64,000 bases of DNA from the human T2T-CHM13v2.0 reference genome, Homo sapiens, in assembly GCF_009914755.1 (NCBI RefSeq), contig NC_060935.1, one strand, 5' to 3'. The notes below the pieces were generated by a model, which searched no databases, had not been told where the DNA came from, and saw nothing but the letters and a program-made list of their open reading frames with translations. Shown piece by piece: positions 20,063 through 31,599 of the stretch. The translations under genes were made by a program, and so were the position numbers. Position 1 is the stretch's first letter, and the number at the start of each line of letters is the position of its first letter.

Positions 20063-23000
20063 TGAGCACTTGTTAAGCTTCCCTGAGGAAGTAGCTGAGT
20101 TTGATGTTCAGCTTAATGTAACTGAGCTCATAGTACATAGAAAACAGGTTCCCTATGCAAGTCTAGTAGGATACAGGATTCTCCGAAGAAAGTAGTTGAT
20201 GTCTAGTAAGGAAAGCAAAGAGCTAGGAGCTCTGAAGAATTCCTTGCAATCAGGCAAGGAGAGCAGGAACGCCCTCAGGTGATGTGCATATCTAATGCAG
20301 AGTTTGATTGAAAGTAAAGAGGGAGGGAGAAGGAACACTTCAAAGTTGAGAAGATTCAGGAAAGAAGGTAGAGGACATGTATAGACCAGTGGCTCTGGTG
20401 GCGGTAGTGGGATATGAGCTTGGGAAGTCATACAGGGCTGAATTCCAAAGGCCTTGAGGGGTTAGATGAAGGGTTTCTCCAGCAGGTAATGACAGGCCAG
20501 CAAAGGAGTTCAGGCTCAGGAAGAGCATCACTCAAAACAGTGATCGGGAGCTTGATGTAGCAGCCTTGTGGACAATGGATTAGAAAAGAGAAAGACTGAA
20601 GGCAGAAAAGCATGAATGGAAATGAGAAACTCACAGGTGACTCTGGATATAGAAAAAAGACCCACATGCAAAATGTATTGCAGAGGTAGAAATGGCATGA
20701 CTTGGCCACTGACTGACCAACAGCCAAGATGAAGATGGACTGAGAGATGATGGAGCTAAAGTGAAATGTGGTCCCAACTATCTAAGCCTGGGTGGCAGGA
20801 GAAACAAATAAAACAATCTGAGACACGAGGCCTGAGAAAAGACCACTGACTTCACAGCACAGTCCTCAAAGACCAGTTTCAGTCCACTGACTGGCGGAAA
20901 CTAGTTGCCAAGCATTGAGAAGTGAGTGGGTGGAGAGGAGGTGGGGGAAGAGAGTGGGTAGCAAAGCTTTGAAGCAGCTGCGGTGAAGAAAAAGTGAGCC
21001 TGGGCAGTGGGCAAGGACATTGCTAGATTAAAAGAAGAGGACTTTGGGATTCAGGGACACTGAAGTACATTTTAGTCATAAAAGGAGTATTTAGCACCTT
21101 AACAAATGCAACTTATCTCATATTCTCAAAATGATACTTTGAAATGGGGAAGGTAACTATTACCTTAAACTTACAGAGAGACCACAAGAGGAGCAAGCAA
21201 GAGAGCTGGGACTAACTCTGTCTGCTACATATTGCCAGAAATTGGGAGACTGAAGGTGCAAAGAAGAAATAATTTCTTGGAAGGGCTAACAGCTTGGTTG
21301 GACTGAGATGGGCTGAAAAGCACAGAGGGAAGGGAAGTAAGAGCACTCTTCCTCGGAGATAGGTGCACAGGAGGCCAGAAGGGATAAAAATGCAAAACTA
21401 TTTTGAGTGGAAAAGAATGAAGATGAGGTAACAACAGTGAGGCAGTTTTTAAACTTCTCAGTACATGATGGTACGAGTGGACTTAAAAGTCTATTCAAAC
21501 CAAAACCCATAAAGGCTGTGAGATCTTATTCAGTGGATGGACATGAAAACAGGGGTGCCTTTAAAAATAAAAAAATATTTGCAGGAGTTAGTGTGAGTAA
21601 TTAAATGCGGTACTGAGTGATCACCTGAGTCTCTATTTTAACATTCATGCTGATTTGGACACCAGCAAATGTAAAATCTTATTGTTATCATATTGCGGCT
21701 AATGTGGTCCATAACCCCTACTAATCTACCAACTAGTCTTTGAGCATAACTGTGCATTGGGCACTAAGTCATTGTGAACAATTTATTTTAATGATAAGGC
21801 AAAATTGCGAGAATCTCCAATCTCCGTAGGCGAGTTTTATGTATTTATGAATTCTCATGGAACGAAAGCTTTTCATTACAGTCAGCCCACAATGCCATAA
21901 ATCGATTAATATATTTACCTCTCATATATGAGACAGATATATATATAATCAGATATACATATGAAAGATAGTTTCCATAAGAAATAAAAAACAGAGAAAG
22001 CACTCATGTGTTTCTTTATAAACTACTATTTTATACTAATATTTGTTTAAGGTTTGTAGAAGTATAGTTGCCACCATGAGATACCATTTTAACAGAGAAA
22101 TATCACACACACACACACACAGCCCTCATGGTCATTATTGCCATTAGTTACAACAGGCATAGCCCAAGTAGAATTGGCTTACAAAAAAGTTTATCTCGCC
22201 AATAATACAGACACAGCTTTAATCAAGCAGTTGATGAATAAAATGAAATTAAAACAATGGCAGTCCAATCATCTCCTTCAGTTCAAACAATTGATGACCT
22301 TTGCACTTTAAGTTATCTTCACTAAAGTTACCCCTCTGGGGCGGAGTGTAGTGACTCCCAGCTCATTCCATACTTGCCATAGGACCTTGGGAAAAATAAC
22401 CTCTCTCAACCTCCATTTCTTCATCTGCAGAAAGTAGTCAAAATGCCTACTTACGAAGGTGTTGAGTGAGTTGGCAATACCATATACAATATCTCTAGTA
22501 TATAGTAGGTGCTCAGTAAACAACTATAATTATCTGGACTCACCTATGGTACAGCAGAAAAAGCATCAACATCAGAGCCATGGTGAGTGCCTTCTAGCTT
22601 GGCTCTGTTGCTAACTGTGAGGTCTTTACTAAGGCAAATTCTATACCCAGACTGCAGCTTCCTCATTTGTGAAATGAACAGAATGGTTTCTGAGGTTTGG
22701 ACTAGCTCTAGAAATCCTACCTAGTGACCAGAATCAGTCCGCAAACTCTTTAGTGGGCTATATTAAAATATCTGTTTTTGTTAGAGGTCTTGTAGAGTGG
22801 CTTGTTGTACAAAGCAGATCCCCAGGACCATGTGGCATCTGGCTATCTAGGGCAGGGGCAAAATCAAGTGAGAAACAACCAAAGTTTCTTCTCTCTTTCC
22901 TCTAGCCCATGCGCCAGACAGATAATACTTTTCAACTGATTTATAGTCATTCACATAGTGCATATATTGGAAGGAGAAAAGAGGGGTCATAAGGGAAAGG

Positions 23001-23090
23001 CTGAATTCCTATTTCTCACAGGAGACAAAGCAGCCTGGTACCCTGGATGCCTAATTTGAGAGATCCAAGTCTTCATTTTAAATCTTTACA

Positions 23091-23395
23091 GGCTGGGCAT
23101 GGTGGCTCACAGCTGTTATCCTAGCACTTTGGGAGGTGGAGGGGGGCAGATTGCTTGAGTCCAGGAGTTCAAGACCAGCCTGGGCAACATGGCAAGACCC
23201 CATCTCTAAAAAAAATATAAAAATTAGCTGAGTATGGTGGTGGTTGCCCGTGGTCCCAGCTACTCCAGTGGCTGAGGCAGAAGGATCACCTGAGCCCAGG
23301 AGGTAGAGGCTGCAGTGAGCTGTGATCATGACACTGCACTGCAGCCTGGGCGACAGAGCGAGGCCCTGTCATGAAAACAAACAAACAAACAAAAA
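23091..23395 (+). mobile_element. AluJ
   Basis: J-type diagnostics (gattgcttgagtccagg, ctgtgatcatgacactgcac); (AAAC)n tail. Confidence 0.9.
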
Positions 23396-24198
23396 ATATT
23401 TACTAATTATGTAACTTGGCACAAGTAACCTAGCTTCTCCGTGCCCTTGTTTCCTCTTCTATAAAACACAGGTGATGATTCACCCCTTGCCTGTTCTATA
23501 AGGCTCAGATGAGATGCCATGTGTCAAATTTACTTCCAGCCCTAAAGTAGGTATAAATGTGACAGTAGTCAGCTGCCTGTTTTACAGCACACCTGCAGCT
23601 ACTCAGCTCTGATTGACTTCAGTAAGATATACTTCAGGCTGTGGTCTAATGGCTGGGATGTGGCACCGGCTTCAGTAAGATATGTGACCTGGATAGACAG
23701 TCTTGATTTCCAAGACATCTTACATGACTTACAAGCAATAAAGACAAGAGCAAAGATGTGTCCCCAAAAGAGGGATTTTCAGATTCCAGGAAAGACCCAG
23801 TGGAGTCCGCATAAGTGGTTAACATGAACAAGTGAATGCTAAGGAAACCCAAGATGAAGATTGAACAGAATCTTAAAATGTCTGAGCTGGAAAGGGCCTT
23901 ATTAATTGCCTTCTCACTTCAGAAATGAATAAATCATGAAAACTGATAAATAGCATTTACTACACTCTCCCTTTGTCCTAGGCACAATTACATATGTTAA
24001 CTTATTTATGTCTTACATCTCAGAGAGGGGTACTGTTCTAACTTTACAGAAGGATAAAATCGAAACTAATGCTCAGCAAAGTACAAAGAACAAGAATAGC
24101 AACAAAAATAACTATTTATTCCAACATGGGTTCTTTGCATACATTTATTTCTTCAATAATATTTATTAAGAAGTAACTAAATCCAAAAATTATTTTAG

Positions 24199-24287
24199 AT
24201 CCTGAACAAGAGAGAACAAAATCTCTACTTTGATGGAACTTCCATTCTGTGGGGAAGAGACTGACAATAAGCAATTAAATAAATAAG
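24199..24287 (+). other. MS4A1: MS4A1 alternative non-coding exon 2 (89 nt)
   Basis: tattttag| acceptor, AAG|GTAATT donor; matches recalled long 5' UTR variant. Confidence 0.8.
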
Positions 24288-24634
24288 GTAATTTCCTACA
24301 GTGATCAATGCCGTAAAGCAATTAAGATAGGATTTTGTAAAAGACAGCAAATAGGAGTACATGTTATAGATTGAGGGTTCAAGGTAGGCTCCTCTAGGAG
24401 CTGACATTTGAGCTACACCTGAACAAAAAGACACTAGCCATGCACAGACCATGAGCCCAGTTAAGTGTTATAGCAGCCCACGAGATAAGAATTATTATTA
24501 TTTCAATTTTACAGTTGAACCTGAGGCCCAGAGAATTTAAAGAACTTGCCCAACATCTCAGAACAAATGGAGGAATCACTATTGAAACCTAGGCAATCTG
24601 ACTCAGGAGGCCACAGTCTTATATACTGCATTAG

Positions 24635-24959
<325 letters not shown>

Positions 24960-25311
24960 TGATGTGACTTGCACAAGGTGGCAGAGTTAGAGACAGAGAG
25001 AGGCCTGGAATCGACCCCTCCTGCTTCTACAGATAGTCCTTACCATACTCTGCAATGTTGCCTCTGGCCCATCATAATGCACAAAGGCAGATAAGCAAAA
25101 GGACAAGGACAAGTCCATTGAAAATACATTTTTCAATATTAAAGCAAAAGAAAAGCATCCAGGAATAAGAAACAAAGAGGACATGCAGTCATATATGCAA
25201 GGTGTCCTCTACAAAGATAAAGAATGCCCCAAACCCAGTTGTCAAGATCACTGGCAGGGACTCCTGGGCCCACATGCTCTTCCTAAACAACCCCTCCATC
25301 TCCTTTCTCAG

Positions 25312-25501
25312 AACTCAGCAGTAGGCCTTGCCTCAGATCCAAGGTCACTCGGAAGAGGCCATGTCTACCCTCAATGACACTCATGGAGGAAATGCTGAGA
25401 GAAGCATTCAGATGCATGACACAAGGTAAGACTGCCAAAAATCTTGTTCTTGCTCTCCTCATTTTGTTATTTGTTTTATTTTTAGGAGTTTTGAGAGCAA
25501 A
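25312..25501 (+). other. MS4A1: MS4A1 exon 3 5' UTR part with alternative acceptors at 25312 (long) and 25486 (short)
   Basis: tcctttctcag| and ttttatttttag| acceptors. Confidence 0.8.
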
Positions 25502-25660
25502 ATGACAACACCCAGAAATTCAGTAAATGGGACTTTCCCGGCAGAGCCAATGAAAGGCCCTATTGCTATGCAATCTGGTCCAAAACCACTCTTCAGGAGG
25601 ATGTCTTCACTGGTGGGCCCCACGCAAAGCTTCTTCATGAGGGAATCTAAGACTTTGGGG
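25502..25660 (+). CDS. MS4A1: CD20 coding exon 3 (aa 1-53)
   Basis: MTTPR...SKTLG|gtaagt. Confidence 0.98.
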
Positions 25661-28600
25661 GTAAGTCAGTTGCCTTCCATCCCATGTCGTAGGGATTCTC
25701 TGGCTGACAGAAGCTGATGCGGTATAGGCCACATACAGAATTCAATCCAATTTGAAGAATTGGGATCCAACCTGATGTCTTCTTTATGTCTAACACAGTG
25801 GGCCAAATCAGGGGTGCATCAGAGAAGTTATCACTTAGATCACCTCTGGGTGATCTTATGTCACCTTTTGGTTTTGGGGCTTGTATATGCAGGGGTCCCC
25901 CATCCCAGTCCATTGCCAGAATCCCAGGCATACCTGCTCCCTGGAAATGCCCCATGTGGTTGAGGAAACAGATTCGAACAAGAAAAAGACAAAATTCTTG
26001 GCACCTCCACTGCTTCCTTTAGGCATTCCTCACAGCTCCAAGTCAGGAGCCAGAGCTTCCAACCTTGTCTTTGCCTGCTAGCAGTGATGATTTCAGCTCA
26101 TCCACTGCTGCCTCTGTTCTCTCCCCAGGCTGTCCAGATTATGAATGGGCTCTTCCACATTGCCCTGGGGGGTCTTCTGATGATCCCAGCAGGGATCTAT
26201 GCACCCATCTGTGTGACTGTGTGGTACCCTCTCTGGGGAGGCATTATGGTGAGTAAAAGAATAGCAGCCATTTGGGAAATGGTGCAGACAAAAATGTTAA
26301 AAGGCTCCACAGGGATATGCCAGATTATTTCTGTGTTGAGGGAAATATATGAGTAGGAAATATTATTGGGTTAAAGTAATTAAGAAGACAGGTTGACCAA
26401 ATTGAGTATAAATCCCATGGTTGAGAGTCAGTGGTCCTGTTTCATGTGAATTCAGAGAAAGGGGCCCTGCATGGATCTCACAGGGACTGTCCAAAGCAAG
26501 AACTCTCCAAAGTCAGTTCTGGTGGGGAGGGTGGCCCTAGACATTTAGACTAGATAGCAAGATGTTTTGGAAAGCAAGAGGCAGCAGGAACATCCACTTC
26601 CATCTACCCCTTCTTGCTTACAATTCTGTTTGGTTACTATGGTACCTGGTGAAACCTGTCCCATCACAAGTCAGTCTCATTTTGCTTATCGACAGAGCAG
26701 CACTCTTTTGGCTGTTTTATGTACATGTTTTCCAAATCTGTAACCCTGTCTGGGTGTGGCACATAGGACAGTGATGTTTATTTCCCCGTGATACTTTTCA
26801 TAGTTGCCACTATAAAAGATAAGTCCAGGATTAAAATTTTCCAAACAAGTAGAGATGGGTTAGAACAAGAGTTTCCTCCATTCTACAGCCTGAATGTGAG
26901 AAAAGGAAGATGAGCAATAGTCATCATCACTTCCTGTAACAGCCAATGTTTTCATGGAGTGCCTGTGCCATTCAGGTCAAGTATTTCCTTCTGCATCAGT
27001 TCACTCTTCAGAGGGCATCAGAGTCATTTATGTCACTGTGAACCCCAAAGGGCAGTTCCACAAGTTAAAAACAAAGAAAAACTAGAAATAAAACTTTTAA
27101 ATTTATGGTATGAGTATTAATTGATGAGGAAATTTGAGTTCTGTCTCTTTGGTCTTACTATATTCCTAGTCACAGATCCCCAGATGATTGAGTAAAAGGC
27201 ATGAATTTAGTGTCACTGAGCCTGAATAAAGGAGGAATATGACAGCTGAAAAATGAATACAACTGATAAAAATGGGTGGATGGTTGTGTGAAAGTTGCTG
27301 AAAGTGTAGGCTTCTTTCTGACCAGTTATCAATGTTAAAAAGTGATCTCCCTCTCTCCTCTATCTCCTGTCTTGCCCACCCCCTCTCCATCTCCCCCACC
27401 TCTCTTTTTTACAGTATATTATTTCCGGATCACTCCTGGCAGCAACGGAGAAAAACTCCAGGAAGTGTTTGGCAAGTAACCATATGTCCTTCTTTCCCAC
27501 ATGTCAGAGAAGTACCTATTTTTTTCGGTTAAAAACTGAGACCCTTAAAAAGCCAAGGTATCACAGCCTCTCAGCCCTAAAAAGCAAAGACCCTCCACAA
27601 TGTTATTGTGATTTTATTTATGAAAAACTTAGAAGCGAGATCTATCTGAAGTATGTTCATGGGAACAGAACTAAAAGCAGATCCATGAAAACCATACCTA
27701 CAGTCTTAAGAACGTTAAATGCTGTGTGAAAATAATAGACCTTTCTGAAAGCCCTATCATTTCTCCCAGATCACCATTTAGGAAAATTATCTGATCAATG
27801 TCATGATTGATTCAAATTCTAGCTAAGCCATTTTTTGGCCGTAACATTGAACAAGTCAGTTTACCTCTATGTTCCTGAGTTTTCACCTAGAAAGGAAGGG
27901 TAACAGTCCTTGCTACCATGTGACGTCCAATGGAGATGAAAGGCAGTAGAGTGTGTGATGGTGCTTCACAGGCTATAAGGTACTACACTGTGGTCTTGCC
28001 CATAAAACCCCTAGGGACTCATCTAGATCCAGAGGAAACTGGCCTGCAGAGCTGCTGATGCTGTATGGATGAAAAGAGTTTAGCAGCAAGTTCGCTCCCA
28101 AAAAATTCCTCCCCCAACACTGTTACTAAACTGTGTCACTTTCATAATCAATGAGGGAATGGGTGGATTGAGATGGTTCCTGTCTTAAAGTGGCCTGACA
28201 CACTCAGTTTGGGGGGAAAACTTTTTATGAACATCAAATTATTCTCTAGATACAGCCAGATTTACTGACTTGCCATGTGTAGGTCATAGAGCCAGGAATG
28301 AAATATGCGCAGCATAAAATAATAATCAATAATCCCATATCATTATGGTACTTGTTATTTATATTTTCCTGTTTCAACCTTTTATCATCCCTGCAAGGTA
28401 GAACATTCACACTGATATTCTCTTACCTATGCTACCCAAAGACATCAGCCCTAATTGTATTTTGGAAGATAGCTGACTGGGGCTGATTGCAGCCTATGTC
28501 AGCAGGAATAGATGTTGTTACTGTTGTTGCTTCTGCTTTTTTTATTTCCATTTATTTGATAGTACAGATCTAGAGGGTTCTATCTGAACCTTCCCAACCT

Positions 28601-31599
28601 ATACTTCATAATACCATCCCACTAAAGTGTGATACAAGAAACTTCTTCACTCTCTTCCCTCTACGTATTTATGAAGGCAGATAATAAACTGGATAATATT
28701 TATCTTCACTTATTCAACAAACATTTATTGAGTGCCTACTAGGATGGTGGCAGTGGCAGTGAAGGAAATGCAAGGATACAAGATATAGAATCAAGGGTTA
28801 CTCTTAGAATTTTTGCTTTATAAAACAGATGGATGGTGAATGAGATAGGGAAGACTGAGAAAAGAACAGGATAGAGACATGATTTTATTTTATAGTGACA
28901 AAGAGGCTAAAAACAACTGAGAGAACTTCAGTATATTTAGTTGTAGTTGCTTTGTGAGTCAGGGCAGTTGCATTTGGAATTCCCTCCCAGATTATGTTTT
29001 CCAAAGGGAAATCAAACCCAATTAATAAATCTGTGTCTCCATTTCAGGTCAAAGGAAAAATGATAATGAATTCATTGAGCCTCTTTGCTGCCATTTCTGG
29101 AATGATTCTTTCAATCATGGACATACTTAATATTAAAATTTCCCATTTTTTAAAAATGGAGAGTCTGAATTTTATTAGAGCTCACACACCATATATTAAC
29201 ATATACAACTGTGAACCAGCTAATCCCTCTGAGAAAAACTCCCCATCTACCCAATACTGTTACAGCATACAATCTCTGTTCTTGGTAAGTGTTCTTGGTA
29301 AGTGTGAGATTGGATTTCTCTCCAGGGAGGAAGGATGACTTGTTTATTATGAGCATGAACTCTGGATCCAGACCACCTGAGTTTGCTAGTTACTGTCTGT
29401 GTGGCTTTGGGAAAGAATTTTAACCACACTGTGCCTCAATTTCTTCAACTGTAAAATGGGGATGGTAACACTATTTATCTAATAGGGTTGTTCTGAGGAA
29501 TAAATAAGTTAATATATACAAAGCATTTAGAACAGTGTTTGGTACACAGAAGTGCTATATAAGCATTGGCTTTAACATTAATTATTCTCAACATCATTAA
29601 TGGCATTAATATTTACCATTATATTAACTAAGATGAGCATAGAAGAAATTCCTAAGATGTTATGAATATCTTTTGCCCAAGGACTTTTAAATGTAGAGTT
29701 TGAAAGAGATAAAAAAAAATGCATCTCCCAAGGATGAAGAGGTCTCCTAGGCATGATGCCACACCAACTAAGGCTGAATACAATTTAATTTGAGACTCAT
29801 TACTTATTCTTTCCTATACAGAATTGATTCTTCAACTGATTATTCATACCTTACTTTCTATCAGCAATACACATTAACCATCTGTTGTGTGCCAAAAGTT
29901 GTGTTAAGAGTTAGGGTTATAAAGATGCTGTCTCCTGTACTAGCAGTTCTCACAGCTATTCATTACTTGTCTAAAGAATTGATCTCTTAATCGTTCAATT
30001 ATAGTCAACAATAACTTACTGAACACCAACAATGTTCTTTGTGCCATTATTACATTTTCACCTTCATTCTTCTGTTGTTTTTCAGGGCATTTTGTCAGTG
30101 ATGCTGATCTTTGCCTTCTTCCAGGAACTTGTAATAGCTGGCATCGTTGAGAATGAATGGAAAAGAACGTGCTCCAGACCCAAATCTGTAAGTAGTAGCC
30201 CCTCTGGCCAAAACCTCCCTCTAGAAAATCCACATCCACAAAGGATCATTTATGGAGAATGTAATCTGATGAGTTGTTGAAACTAGGAGCTTGATTTAAA
30301 AAAAAAAATTGGTCTTGGCATATTTCTAGAAAGCAAATAATATGATGTCTTGAAATTTGAAATAAGTCTGTAGTTAGAGCCTACAGTTCTATATTCTGTG
30401 CGTCTTTTTTTTTTTTTTTTTTGAGACAGAGTCTCACTTTGTTGCCCAGGCTAGAGTGCAATGGCGCGATCTTGGCCCAGTGCAACCTCTGCCTCCGGGT
30501 TCAGGCGATTCTCCTGCCTCACCCTCCCGAGTAGCTGGGATTACAGGCACCCGCCATCATGCCTGGCCAATTTTTGTATTTTTGTAGAGACGGGGGTTCA
30601 CCATGTTGGCCAGGCCAGTCTTGAACTCCCGACCTCAGGTGATCCTCCCACCTCAGCCTCCGAAAGTGCTGGGATTGCAGGCGTGAGCCACCATGCCCCA
30701 CCTCTGTGCATCTTCTTATTAACCTTCCCTGCTGCTTGACTTCAGGCTTCCATCCTGATTTCATGATTCCATATACAGTGTGTAAAAGCAAGATGGTTGA
30801 AGGTTGAAGGCTGACTAAGTCACTAGTTCTTTGGTTTCATTTTTCAGTATTCCCCTCTTCCCTCCTTTTCACCTAATTCCTCTTCCAAAACAACAGGTTA
30901 AAGGGCTCCACAAATGGGAAATAAAAACAGACCAATAATAGATATATTACTAACTGCTTCAGAACCAGACTGTTAGATTTAGAATTTAGAAATCATCGCT
31001 AATTACTTCATTTTGCATTTAAAGAAAAATAGTATCAAAGAGAGAAAATTATTCTCCCAGAGTTATATTCACTAAAGGCAAATCAGAACGAAAATCTAAA
31101 CTCCTCTATTACTGCAATGTTCTTTTCCCAATACCACGTGGTCATTCCAGGCACTGTGGTCAATGTCTGCTGCCCTTGAAGATTTATTCAGACTTGAGTT
31201 TTAATAAATGACTTGATAAGGATATAAGCACCTGCAAAAAAATTTTGGCATTTAAAGGCATATAATAAATGACATAAGTAGCATAAAAACCAGGAGGTAT
31301 TTGATAAATGTTTGTGGAGATTGTTGACAAAGGTGTCAGTGGTAAAAGTAAAGAATGGTTTGTTTAATTTTCTGTTTTAGAACATAGTTCTCCTGTCAGC
31401 AGAAGAAAAAAAAGAACAGACTATTGAAATAAAAGAAGAAGTGGTTGGGCTAACTGAAACATCTTCCCAACCAAAGAATGAAGAAGACATTGAAATTATT
31501 CCAATCCAAGAAGAGGAAGAAGAAGAAACAGAGACGAACTTTCCAGAACCTCCCCAAGATCAGGAATCCTCACCAATAGAAAATGACAGCTCTCCTTAA
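25502..31599 (+). CDS. MS4A1: B-lymphocyte antigen CD20, 297 aa; join(25502..25660,26129..26248,27415..27471,29048..29284,30086..30187,31381..31599)
   Basis: [10 protein letters not shown] start, GYPxWG-type [23 protein letters not shown] loop, acidic tail ending ENDSSP*; exon lengths sum to 894 nt. Confidence 0.99.
26129..26248 (+). CDS. MS4A1: CD20 exon 4 (aa 54-93)
   Basis: ccccag|AVQIMNG...WGGIM|gtgagt. Confidence 0.98.
27415..27471 (+). CDS. MS4A1: CD20 exon 5 (aa 94-112), GC donor
   Basis: ttacag|[19 protein letters not shown]|gcaagt. Confidence 0.96.
29048..29284 (+). CDS. MS4A1: CD20 exon 6 (aa 113-191; large extracellular loop)
   Basis: tttcag|VKGKM...ANPS...QSLFL|gtaagt. Confidence 0.98.
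30086..30187 (+). CDS. MS4A1: CD20 exon 7 (aa 192-225)
   Basis: tttcag|GILSVM...SRPKS|gtaagt. Confidence 0.98.
30405..30702 (-). mobile_element. AluS in MS4A1 last intron
   Basis: Antisense dimer; TSD tctgtgc(g/a)tctt. Confidence 0.93.
31381..31599 (+). CDS. MS4A1: CD20 exon 8 coding part (aa 226-297)
   Basis: gttttag|[11 protein letters not shown]...ENDSSP TAA. Confidence 0.98.
   Translation, partial: NIVLLSAEEKKEQTIEIKEEVVGLTETSSQPKNEEDIEIIPIQEEEEEETETNFPEPPQDQESSPIENDSSP

Noticed and set aside
25837-25856. 8-bp hairpin agatcacc-tctg-ggtgatct in intron 3
   Set aside because: Too short and far from splice sites to support function
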